A stretch of DNA of 63,283 nt, the filler included, from Choristocarpus tenellus KU-1152 (lineage: Eukaryota > Protista > Phaeophyceae), in the NCBI GenBank assembly GCA_964200185.2. It is 10 parts of 10 records of this genome, joined end to end, with 100 filler letters (N's around TTAATTAATTAA, not from the genome) between each part and the next. Parts side by side here need not be neighbours in the genome. Positions count along the whole stretch, not along the records: positions 34,571 to 40,128 come from CAXNAD020010433.1; positions 40,229 to 42,892 come from CAXNAD020025841.1; positions 42,993 to 54,931 come from CAXNAD020002057.1; 7 more parts are not named here. One strand, written 5' to 3'. Shown piece after piece: positions 38,598 to 50,700 of the stretch. The first letter of the stretch is position 1. Each line of letters starts with the position of its first letter. The position numbers and the translations under genes were made by a program. The notes under the pieces are model-generated. The model was not told the origin of the DNA. It worked only from the letters and a program-made list of their open reading frames with translations, and searched no databases.

Positions 38598-40087
38598 TCA
38601 TGTGTTCTGGGCGTATGCTACTTCTGACCATGAACCACCCAAACTCACCACTGTGGACAATACTATGCGGGGAGCTCTCCCATACATTAGTTGGTAAGGT
38701 ATAGACTCAAATCGCTCGCAGTGAGCAGTGTTCAGTGCCCATTGAACTGCAAGCACAAAATCCACACATTCCTCAGCAGGCCAGCATGCTTTATTCAGCA
38801 TCGCCATGAGGATCCGAACAATTTCACACATAATGTGCTCCACTGTTTCATTGGTCCATGGAGAGTTGGTCGCCGCAAAATGATGATACAAGGGCATTAA
38901 TTCTTGCATTCTTTTCAAGACCCTATTCTTAAAGTGACTAGGTGTGTCACTCACTCAAATCTCGGGCATTCCTATTGTTGTACACCATTTGTGAAGATGC
39001 CATGCAGATAATTCAATATTACATGTTTCTGTTGGATCCAACCACACAAAGTTGCTCAGGTCGTATACCATGACCAAGATATATTTGAACCCTGTTGATT
39101 CATCCAGGTCATTTTTCTCCATTGAACCGCTCTCTCCATCGTGTAGGTAATCAAAGTGTAAGACCTCTCCCACCTGAGTAGCATGCACCGTCTCACTGTA
39201 GGGTATGGGTACACCTGACTAGCATTGGAATCCATGCAATTCAAGCAGTCCTGGACAAACTTGCTAACATCATTGTTGATGTTGCTCAAGATACAATATT
39301 GCCTTAAGCGCACCACCATGGCTCTCTTCCCCTGGTGTCCAGCCTCCCCTATGTCTGCACACACGTGTAGGCAAGTTTGTAGCTCCTTGGTTGAATCAGG
39401 AATCCACAGCAGGGATGGCGGGTCCTCCCCGTCACGAAACACATCATCTTTACCCGCGAATACTCGGCCAGTCATGGTGATGAAATCTTTGCCCAAAACA
39501 TGCACACACCCCATGTCCGCTCTGGTCTAAGACTGGGACTCTCGAATTACTGCCTTAGAATGCATTGATGTATCAATAGGTAATCTAGGTGACACGGTTA
39601 GAGCTCAATTGGACACCACAGGGAGAGACCCAGTAAGACAAGAGATATTCTCAGCAGTTGCATTCACCTGCGATATGTTCAATATAGTAATCATATTGCC
39701 CCAAAAATATAGCTGGGCAGTAGCCTTAGAGATATTGGTGACACACGACCCAGGATGAAATATTTAAGCTAAATTGCAAAGATCGCTAATGATATACGCA
39801 CCTCACCAGAGCAGCCACTCTAGTCAACAGTAGGCACTAACAATGGCAAAAGCTTCTTTGTCTACCGTTGCCCACCGCAGCTGAGAGTCATGAATAGAAC
39901 CACTCAAGAACAAAGTGGCTCATGGCTCATGTTCTTGACCTCCATTCCATTGCGAAGCTCCGCCTCATGAACCTGCGTAAGGAAGCACCCCCAGCATAGA
40001 TCAGCGGCATCAGGAAACATGATCACTGCACACCCCTCCCTTTGGTGTGGTAACTCCACAGCCTCGGTCATGAGGTGTTGCACCAAG
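38598..40087 (-). mobile_element. Degraded Ty3/Gypsy pol: RNase H and integrase
   Basis: RNase H FPDAADLCWG and QLRWATVDKEAFAIV; integrase zinc finger GHQG...CLNC; core HFDYL, YDLSNFVWL, SDTPSHF, SPWTNETVE, QWALNTA...PYQLMYG. Frameshifted. Confidence 0.88.
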
Positions 40088-40658
40088 GAGCCAAAGTATC
40101 TTAGAGGGTAGAGCCGCGTCCATTTGGGNNNNNNNNNNNNNNNNNNNNNNNNNNNNNNNNNNNNNNNNNNNNTTAATTAATTAANNNNNNNNNNNNNNNN
40201 NNNNNNNNNNNNNNNNNNNNNNNNNNNNGTACTTTTTTAAGACAGTTTTCGCAAAACAACCAACCTCATAGTCCCGCTCCTGCCTCAATTTTGAAAATCC
40301 TCTGTTGGATCAGGTTGATGACTTCATCACATCACAAACCAAGATGTGGTTCACACGAAAAATGATACCGATCTCAAGTTGATTGACAATCAATGATCCA
40401 CAAACCGTTCCATCCTTCTTCCTTCTTGCAGAAGTCTTTTAGTTGGTTTATGTCCATTTTGGTCGATTTCAAATCACTCTCGGCTTATCTCCGTGGAATG
40501 GCGTTGGCCAAGGTGGAGGTTTCAAAGTTCTCAGGAGTTCCCCCGTTCCTCCTGACTTGCCCTCATTGGTCTACTTCATCGAAAGGAAAGGCACAAGGAC
40601 AAACAGCAGGTCGTAGCTGAGTGGGAATTGGTCAATTGAAGCTTATACCCAAGCTACT

Positions 40659-42640
40659 ATGTTTGTGACTCTGGTAGTTGGTGATAATATTGTTCCTGGT
40701 GGGTGGACGTCACGGATCGAGGTGTGTTCATTCGACGAAGAGTGGTTTCGTGTGTTGCTGCTTTGGCTTGGTCTACTAGGGCTTGGCGCACTTGCTTGTT
40801 CCGAGGCACTCAGCGGTATACGTTGCCGATGACGGCCTAATCTTAACACAGGTATCTGGGGAAACCACAGTGGAGACGATCAAGGTGCAGGTAGAGAGGG
40901 AGGTAGGCATCCCATCAAAGCATTTGACCTTACATCACAATTCTACGAGTCTTGCGGATGGAGTCTCTTTGCAAGGTGCTGGTGTCGGAAATGAAGACCT
41001 ACTCATGGTCGTCGTTGACGGAACACAGATAACTGGTGGCGCCGTTGTGAGTGTATATATTTGTAGGGAGTCCATAAGCGTTCACCCTTGAGCATGACGT
41101 ACAAATGGCGTTAAGAAGGAGATGTACCACAGAATGGAGAGCAGAAATACATGATACTCCCTTTCGTGTGGAATCTCATGGCATGACTATGATGGATGGA
41201 GAGTTTAAAGAAGAAATTGGGACATTATGTTTGTTGTCCGGCAATGCTGCAGGAAGAGGACAGCAGGTCAAACCCATTCTGTGTTCTGGACGTTGACCTC
41301 TCCTTACGATGAACGAGCTGATGGATGCACTTGCAGTCCTTCCCCAGCTTCCTCTTGTATCTCCACCAAACCATCTCAATCTAACATTGGTAATTGTTTC
41401 CCAATGTGCTGCAGGCAACCCCATCCACAACACCATCCTTGTCAGACATCAAGACCTTGGAACCCATAGGGCTGCTGAAGTTCTTCTCGGACAATCCTCA
41501 ATTGCTTCGCCAGATGCACCATGTATAGTTCAATCCCTCCCCCCGCACGCACATGTCATTATATCCTTATGAATTGGGGGAACGGTGCATTGGACGACAA
41601 ATTTGAACACCTTTCTTCAGTTGTCCCATTATTGCTCTTTTTGTGTGACTGCAAAATGTTGTGAAGGTGCAGGTCGACATCTTAACCTCCCCCCACCCCA
41701 ACCCATTCCTATGCCCGTAAGAATCACGAGCCTTTTGTGACCAAGTACAAAAAAAGAGAGAACAATGATAAGCAAAGGTGAACCTCAAGTCAACCACTAC
41801 TCCTGAAATGAGAACTAGAATTCTTGCGTTCTATTCACTTGATGTGGTTTGAGACTTGACGGAAGTAACATGCACACATTATAGTGACCTACTAGCCTCG
41901 TCTTTGATATATGTGATTGGGGACTGAAACCAGTGGGCAGGGCAAGGGCACTATCCTGTTGTGCTTTAGACAGGACAAGCTTGGGGAGCTGGGCTATGAG
42001 GAGATTCTGGCAATACACCTTGCCCCCCCAAAAATAATGAGAGAAGCTGGGGGGACAAGGATGATATGGAAGGTTGTAAATGCTGCTGTTTTAATACAGG
42101 ATAAGTAGGGTTTTTGTAGAGTAGTGGACAGATTGTGGGACTATGAAGGGGTGGAGCACAGCCTCTGTGGATACAAACTCCGCTCTCACCACTTTTTCCT
42201 TTTCTTGACTATCTCGTTTGTGCATTACACCCCCTGCTCCCCCAGGAGCAGACTCTCAGAGTCCCTTTTTTTAAAATCTTGGTCCAAGCCGTTGTTTCCC
42301 TTTCACTAAACCTGGGCTAGATAGAACGAATGAGAACCCCTTGAGGAACAAAAACAAAAAATGTTTTTTTTCTCCCGCAATAAAAAATAAAATAATAATA
42401 ATAATAAATACGCTACATGCCCCCCCGCTGTACAAGCACCACAATCCCTCAACAAAATATCATGACAGATGAGTGGGGTGTATAATCCAGGTTAATTCAG
42501 AGCTTGCGGAGGCTGTTGAAAGCAGTGATATCTCCAAGGTTCGGCTGTGCATAATGAAGCAACAGATGAACTCCCACAAAGCTAAGTGGGACCAGCAGCA
42601 AGAGAGGACAGCCCTCTTTGCCAACCCTGACAGTGAAGAG
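40659..42640 (+). CDS. DDI1: DNA damage-inducible protein 1 (UBL plus helical domain), 5' partial
   Basis: Exons 40659-40721, 40852-41046, 41415-41522 and 42491-42640 give a UBL domain (MFVTLV...IEVSGETTVETIKVQVEREVGIP...L..AGV.NEDLLMV), then NPQLLRQMHHVNSELAEAV...LFANPDSEE, typical of the DDI1 helical domain. The retropepsin domain would lie beyond the contig end. Confidence 0.8.
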
Positions 42641-42710
42641 GTGAGGGGAGCGTAGGACGACTAGGCTCTAGGCGGCGTTTTTTTTCATTCTAAGGAGTCT
42701 TGAGGACGTT

Positions 42711-42712
<2 letters not shown>

Positions 42713-42748
<36 letters not shown>
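42713..42748. repeat. (TG)n microsatellite
   Basis: Direct observation; lies in the DDI1 intron. Confidence 0.95.
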
Positions 42749-42750
<2 letters not shown>

Positions 42751-43350
42751 GTGTGTGAAGTATGACAGGATGTTCGCCCAATCATCTCGTAAGGAGTAGA
42801 ACATTGTGCCCCCCCCCCCCCCCCCCACCCCACGCCGCCCACCACACCGTCCTATGGGTTCCTCCCCCCTGTCTCTCTCTTTTCATTTTTTTNNNNNNNN
42901 NNNNNNNNNNNNNNNNNNNNNNNNNNNNNNNNNNNNTTAATTAATTAANNNNNNNNNNNNNNNNNNNNNNNNNNNNNNNNNNNNNNNNNNNNCAAATGGA
43001 CGCGGCTCTACCCTCTAAGATACTTTGGCTCTGCTGGGCCTGGTGAAAACCCCTGGTAATTCTCCAGTCTCCATATCACCCTCCTAGTAGAGATGCTAAA
43101 TCAGGAAAACATGTTGTTGTGTTAGAGTTAGGGTCAGAGTCTTCCACATGATGCTGCAATAGCAGCAGCAATGTCTTATTGTTTCAAAGTAACACTCTGT
43201 CTTGGCCTACCACCTCAACTCTCACTCAAAATGTATCACAACTGACTACCTCATACTAGTATGCCACTCTCCTGACATAGCACGATTTCAACTTTGCATT
43301 TATCTCCTCTTTTTCATTTCCTCACTGTATGTCCCCATGTCCATCTCAGG

Positions 43351-43649
43351 ACACCATCAACAATGGAAATCATGACACGGCTGAGAAGAAGGACGGAGGA
43401 AATATCACCAGGGGTGACATATCAGGCAGTGGCACAGGGGAAATGAAGTGGGAGGGAACAGACGTTCCAGAACATGCCTCAACTTTGGCGTCAGTGCGAG
43501 TGAGAGCAGGTGGAGGGGGTGGGGGATTGGGTGAGGAGAAAATTGCTGGAGGGTCAGGGCAAGGGGAAGGAGGATCGACCCTCCGGTGGGGAGACTCGAA
43601 GAATGAGTTTAAGGCTGTGTCAGGGAGTGAAGTCATGACGTTTGGCTGA
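43351..43649 (+). CDS. Probable terminal exon of an unidentified gene (Gly-rich)
   Basis: Pyrimidine-rich acceptor ...ccatctcag|GAC; open frame DTINNGNHD...EVMTFG*. Confidence 0.45.
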
Positions 43650-46280
43650 GGGGATGAGCACACCAAAACAACCCTCTCCTCTCACCCCCCTTCCCAAATT
43701 ACTGCTCGGATTCTGGTCCTCCTCATCTGATAAACATTTAGGATTGATCTCAAAGTAAGTCATCACACTTTGAACAAACAATTTGAAGCACCCCACGGGG
43801 CCTAAACCACTTATTGGTTCTTCAATTGGTCTGGCAAAAGGGAAGCACCCCTTTCTTTCTCTTGAGGTCAAAACACTAAGTTTGGATTGTGGAAGGAGGG
43901 TGGGAGACCCTGCAGTTCTACACTCTCCTTTTATGGCATAGGTTTTATTCTTAGGTAAAATGGTCGTTTGAGAATTTTTTATAATGTTGCGTGTCTACAC
44001 GAGTATGTGGAAGATTTGGGGGTTAGCAGCACGCACTTTTCATTTTTGAATGCCTTCTTGCTCTCTTGTATATTGGGGGTGAGATGGACACAAGAATGAG
44101 GACTTGCCAGAGTCAAGGCATGATATAGTTGATGCAAATGGCTTGATATGGGTGGCGTGTGATGAGTATTGTGTGTGGAAGAGAGAAATCACAAACCAAG
44201 GGACAAGCCAGGAGGGCTGATCGGACCCTTGTGAGATATTTGGATCGTTGCATCATACATAATGTCTGAGGCTTGCTGGAGTAAGGTAGGCAGCTTCAGG
44301 GCTGATTTTTGTAGTAGCATTGGGGGAGTTCATTGATAGTGTGAGAGGGGGGGGAGGTGGGCAGACCTTTTTTGTGCTACATACATGGATATGTATATTT
44401 TAGTGCACTATACAGTAGATGTACACTTATTTGTATGTATGATATGTGGAAAAGTGGTCCTGATTGAAGGCAAGAGGGCAGTACCATATGGGTGCTGCAA
44501 GGGGTCTGCAGGTGAAGAACGGTGCATGAAGAGGGAGCATATGGCAATCTCACTCACACCTCCCCTTCCTGATCAGTGCTGTGATGAGCTCCTTCTTCTC
44601 CTTTTGAGAAGTGTAGTTGCAATGATGTGATTGAAAGTGTAAGCTTTTCAAGGTTGTGGTTAGGAGCTAGAGTACACAGCACTCCATATGGTTTCAACCT
44701 GGTGTGATGGTCACTGTGGAGGTGTGTCTAGTACAATGGAGATTGGAATCATGCAGACAACGTGAGTCTAAGTGAAGAGAAGGACAAATAATAACTTCTT
44801 CCCTCACCACGATCTGCCTCATGTAACATTTGAGTGCAATCATTGATAACCCCTCCAGGCGGTGGAAGAAGAGGCAGATTTTAGGAGGCAGGGCAAGCCT
44901 TAGAGATGGCAAACAAATGTAGAAGCAGTAATAACATGCCTTGCATACTGATTGTGGAACATTCTAGACCATAATAAATGTTGGCATGCACTCCTGTGTA
45001 ATTGCAACACAACCTTGTAAATGCCACTCTATTAGCGAACAACTGCAGCAAGTTCCTGCTTCAGGGAAAAGACATCGAGAAATAATAAGGAAGGCGTAGT
45101 AGAACAAGGAAAGAAAAGTGTTGATTGAACAATGGGAGCCGACAGATTCCCAGACACCACTTGCCAACACTCAGACAGGATATGAGCAACACTGTCAGCA
45201 TCACCAAGGTCTTACGGGAAAAGAGAAAGGCCCTGGGTCGCATCCAGTTCATCTATCTGAACATTACTCTTCACAAACTCCCATTGTTGTCACACAAACG
45301 AAACTCAAAACCCAAGAAAGGATATTAATGAGAAGAGCAGCACTCAACAGGCAGTAGTCAACGTGTGTACACCCTTGTCTTGCTTGAGCAACTTTAACTG
45401 CTGCTCTAGCTTGACAAACTTTGCCTATTCTTGACTTCTTTGACATGCCATGTCCATGATGGATGTGGTTCCTTCAGCCATACAAAACGTAGCACATGTG
45501 TCGATTTTCTCCCTTGCACGCCAGCACATAGGCTATTTATCAAGAGCAGACAGATTTGTTACATTTTGGGTCTTTCAGAATTCATGATTTACCGTTTGGA
45601 TACCTGTTCTTACCCATAAATAGTGGGTTGTTTTTCAGCTATCATGTTCATGTAAGTGTTCTCCACCATGATGCACCGGAATAGTTCTCATGCTGCTGTA
45701 CAAGGAGCTAACACTTCAGCTTCAGTGATTAAGTTAAACATATTCTGTCTCTTGGAAATTCAGATGAGGGCAGCATATACAGTGATACACATATCTACTT
45801 GTGGATGTCACCGTTAAGTTTCTTGGCTTAAGCAGCATCTCTGAAAAAAAAATATTAGATTACTCGCATCGTATGTCAATCAAGTAAACACGCACATATC
45901 GTCACTATAAAGCCAACATAGCTCAACAACTTTGTGGTAGCAACATGCTATATGTAAATTAAGTTAAATCCCCCTTCTTGGATACACTAATAATTTTCAG
46001 CGTATTGGGTTTTGCTCTAACTTCCCTGTAAATACATCCAGGGCCGCGAGGAGCAAGCGTTTTCCGCGCGCATGCTCTGACGTAACGCTCTCGCACTTGT
46101 CTTCAATACCCTAGAAGATAACAAAAAAGCAACGGGGTTTTATCACCTTGGGCGATTGTTTTAAAACATACATAATACGTGAAAATTGTCAAATCTTATT
46201 CGACGTTTGTTAGGTCTTACTTACGTTGAATTTCACAATTTACAGACGACACGTGGTGGTTGATCTGTATATTTGATTAT

Positions 46281-47425
46281 TTTTATGCCCTCTGACATTT
46301 TGGGCATGTATCAGGGAGAAAACCAATGAAAAACCATTCAAATGTCAGAACCCCTTGAAAAAGTGATATTTGTCGTAAATGTGATGGCTGTGTGAACTGA
46401 GAAAAACTCAATATATATCAGGTCTGGTACAGGTACGTATGTAGAGGTCTACAAATTGGTAGATCCCGTGTCATTCTGTCGATAATATTTCAGGAGTATC
46501 TGTTTCTGTATCTTTACTCTGGAGTATAGTGGTAGTTTAATCATCTACTTGATTTTTTCCTGTCATTTTTGTTCTGTTGCACTCTTCAGATCATGTCGAA
46601 TTAAGTGTTCAGCGTTTTGGAGGAACCCCTCCCTACTCTGCAATAGGGTGGACCACTTTTGAGCATTATTTTGTGAGGGAGCCTTACAGTCTTTTGGGGG
46701 TCCCCCTCACATGTGTAACGTGTAGAAGCAAATCATTCTTGGTCGTCCATCCGTCAATCACAGCGAAGTAAATGAGAGGTACCCAAGTTTTTGTCGTTCT
46801 GCATTTCAAGCCAGTTTTTCAATCTTTTACAATTCAGCCATATTCCTACATATAAAGTACTAAGTTTGGTATGAGAACGTCGAATTCCCTATTGTTTGAG
46901 ACTTTTCTACAGAATGAAGGAAATATCCTAAATGCATTTGAAAAAATGCCGACTTTTGGATATATCTGTCAATATCCTTCAAGTTAAACTTAGTAGAGTA
47001 CCTCTCGTTTGCCTTCATGTAGTATCTCTATATGTACATTGCCACTATGGACTGTCATCCTTAAACTGTAGGATCACCTCGTGCTCGCGTATTCTTGTCC
47101 GCAAGTGTCATTGTCTACACGTGTCATGCGCTTTAAACTAGAGTCACCAGGGAGATGGGCACAAAGGGGTTTGTTGGATTCTTGGGATGCCTCCCTAGCT
47201 CCCCTCCCCTAGGGCGCAGGAGTAGGTAGATGGGAAGCACAGGAAGACAGTAGTACAATATTGATAGTGGTGAAGTAACTGATAGATTAGTGGTTTTCAC
47301 ACAGTGTTTTATAGTATTTTCACATTTATGATATTTTATTTCTTTAGGGCTTACACTGACATATGTATAGTTTTCATTTGTTTTCCCCCTGACACATCTG
47401 CAAAATGTCAGAGGGCATGGTAATA
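46281..47425. mobile_element. Family C TIR element (~1.1 kb, ~100-bp TIRs)
   Basis: ttatgccctctgacattttgggcatgtatcaggg...gtcgtaaatgtga (46283-46384) is inverted relative to tcacatttatga...ccccctgacacatctgcaaaatgtcagagggcat (47320-47418). Confidence 0.65.
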
Positions 47426-47887
47426 TATACTACTATGATAGCTGGTATCATGTCGTTCATTGCCATATCATATTACGCCATACCGTTTGATGTTTTTCCA
47501 ATAACCCTGGTGACCACCCTGGTGAAGTACCATGGTTCTGCAGGGAAGAATCATTCAGAGAGCGATCACTCATTGAGGAATTTTTGAGGGGTCTCCACCC
47601 TGAATCGTGATTAATCTCTCCTCTCGTCGCACTCTGAGCACTTCCACTTGTCCAACCTTCACCTCCTCTCTTGCGGTTCGTCTTGGTTTGCCTGGTGGTT
47701 CTCTTCGCTATCGTGCCCCTTCACTGAGTGAACCAGAATCACACGATTCAAACTACTTTACACCTACAACTTCTCCGATCTACATCCTCACAGTAGCAGC
47801 AGTAGTAGTAGTATGTGGATACGTTATTTTGAAATTTAATTGTTCTCATCACAACATCAGTCAGAAATTCTCTTGGACCAATGGTCA

Positions 47888-48043
47888 GAACAGCCGATTT
47901 CAAAAATTGAGGATGGAGCTTTTCATTGAGGATGGGCCTGACCCAAAATTTACTGGGATAAAGTGTCGATATGTTTTTTTTTGTATTGTTCACACACATC
48001 CTCAATGAAAAGCTCCATCCTCAATTTTTGAAATCGACTGTTC
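47888..48043. repeat. Near-perfect 47-bp inverted repeat with 62-nt spacer (mini-MITE or hairpin)
   Basis: 47888-47934 versus 47997-48043, one mismatch. Confidence 0.9.
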
Positions 48044-48459
48044 CAGAGACACTATTTATGTAGTTCACATATTGTACTACTTCTCATACTAATACAACTA
48101 ATTTCTTCTGTTGTTGCACTACAGCTAATTGTTCAGCCTCTGTTCCTCCCTTGCTTCTCCCAAGCTCGGTTTAGGACTCCCACCCCTCGTCAGCCTGTTG
48201 TGTTCTCCCTCTAATCTTCTACTGGGCCCTCGAATTTTCGACTTTGATCTTTGTTTGGCGTTTTTGTGGTATAGGATGCAGACAGGATAGTAGACCACAC
48301 AATATAATATGGTACTACAGGTGTACAAGTTGTCCTTTTCATGTTGAGTATCATAATCAAAACAGCATTTCTGCAAATAAGTCTTGAAGAGGTTCGAATT
48401 CACTGAATCAAATGTACACATGTTGCCTCAAAACCAGGGACGTATTTAGAACTTCAATA

Positions 48460-50700
48460 TGTGTGATGTGATGGGAGACAGGATGAATGTTATCTCCAAC
48501 TTATCTCATTGTTTCAGTTGAGTTTTGATGGATTTGATTGGTGAAGACAAATAAGAAACAGGTTGTTTTGTTGAATAGCCTACCATGTCAAAGATCAAGT
48601 GACGTTCATTGAGAAAATATTGATCCATCAATCAGTTCAGAATTGTTCTCAACCCCTGGCACAATAGGATGGGAGTGCCCCTGTCACTAACCTAAGGTTG
48701 TTCCACTCGAATGTGGAGATAGATAACTTGTTCTTGGATTGGCCTCACTCTGGCTTTTCCATCCAGTTCGGGTTTCTTCACATTGGAGACCACAAGCTTG
48801 TTCCACATCAGGACGGTTAGAGTAATTTTAGGTCACGTTTGTCACATCTAAGTGGCGACAGGGTCACATTGAAAAAGAGATGATTCGTTTAGCGACAGCT
48901 TTAACTCCGGTAGTGTAAACCTCCTTGGCTGGTGCTGTTCTGCTTGGGATGGTTAGGACAGGTGGGACGTATCGTGGCAGGGGAGAAGAGACGACAACCC
49001 AAGCGGCAGGTCGGGGGAGTTGTGCGACGCCGACGGGTACGTTTCTATGGTTACCTTTTAATGCCTTAGCCCTGACTTATTTCCTTTGGTCCAGGATTTT
49101 CCCTTATTCTTGTACTCGCATTCCTTTGGACTTTGTTCGATGAGATTTTGATACGATGCAATCCTGAGTATACACCTTGTGAACATGGTGATGATTGTGG
49201 ATATAATACCTAACGCGTGGTTTTGAGGCCTTCACAGCGAGCAAGCTTGGTCTTTTCAGACCATGGTGCGTTCTTCTAAGTCAGGTCTAACTAACTTCAG
49301 GCGGGGGATTATTGGTAGCCAGGAGAAGGGCTCACATTGTGCGTATTGATTACTCTGAGTGTCCAAGGGTCAGTAGAAGTATCTATTAGTAGCCAAGGAT
49401 ATTCGAGTGGAGAGTAATTGCCCGATGTTACTTGGTTGGTGTCCAGGGAATCCGACTGGAGGGTACATTGTCGATGAACTTTGGTCATTATTCAGCCCCA
49501 TAACCCACTTCCTTTTTTGTAAAAAAGGATGCCCAACTGGAGGGCGTTTGGCCTATGTCTTTTGGTCTCTATTCGGGCCGGTTCATTAGATCACTTGGAA
49601 TATGAGGCACATTTTTTACTCCAGGGGATCCAGCTGAAGGGTACTTTGCCAATGCCGTTCGATCAGTATTCAACCTCCTAAACCACTTCTTGTTCCAAGT
49701 CATGTAGTCAAGGGGTCAAACACCGACCAAAACGCATTGGCTAGATAGCCTCCAGTCGGATATCCTTAGCTACTAATAGATGCCTCTACTGACCCATCAC
49801 TATCTAGGGTGATCTGTAGGCACAATGTGAGCCCCTTTTCCTCTGCCTATCAGCAATCCCACCTGAAGTAAGTTAACCCTGCGTTACGAGATTGTGGCAA
49901 GGTCTGGAAAGACCAAATAAGTAGTTAATAAAGCCTTAACCCCATGTTAGTACCAATTATTAGACCACTGCCATCACTGTGTTCACAAGCTGTACGCCCA
50001 GGACCAATTAGAGTCCCAAAGAATGTAAAAGAACACGTAAAAAAAAATATGTGAGTACAAAAGTGTGGGAAAATTTTGGACCAGGAGGAAGTATATCAGG
50101 GCTGAACGCATTAAAACATAACCACAGAAACGCACCTGTTGGTGTCACACACACCCCTGACCTGCCGCTTGAGAGGTCGGTTGTTCTCCGCTGACACCAT
50201 GCCTCCCACTTCTAGTCGCTTATCCTGAAATAGGCTGCACCAGGGCGGGAAGGCTACAAGTACGCTACTGGAGGTAAAGCTGTCACCAAACGACCCAGCT
50301 CTTTCTCTCACCTAGCCCTATTGACATTCGAAGGTGATGAATGTGACCTAAAAATAGCCTCACCATCCTGCTGGCGGTGTCAATCTGAAGAAACTCAACC
50401 ATGATGACAGAAAGGTCAGACTGAGCCCACCCAAGAACAAGCTCACATTTGGCAGATTCTGGTGCAACAAACTTTGATCAGTCACAGAGACACTCTCCAT
50501 CCTTTTCCTAGGAGCAACTGAAGACGGCACAGGAACCTTACTGAAGCTAAAAAATTTAGCAATCAATGCCATCTTCAGTGAACATGGTCTGGGCAGTCTA
50601 TCCAAGAAGACAATTTGCTCGTTTCTTCTGGTTTCACCAATAAAATCCTTCGAAACTCACAGGTGACTTGAACGCATTATTTGTCCCGTACATCACTTAA
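48460..50700. repeat. Large diverged inverted repeat (~950-bp arms) around central ~90-bp tandem units
   Basis: Collinear inverted matches include 49081 with 50050-50090, 49163 with 49972-50002, 49367 with 49750-49795, 48826 with 50341 and 48519 with 50633-50660. Tandem units start at ~49442, 49528 and 49621. Confidence 0.8.

Noticed and set aside
42640-43649. Joining DDI1 to the exon at 43351-43649
   Set aside because: They are separated by an artificial linker, and the exon has no retropepsin or UBA features.
44450-45450. Possible MULE transposase remnant on the minus strand
   Set aside because: Only vague C/H patterns; no convincing DDE motif.
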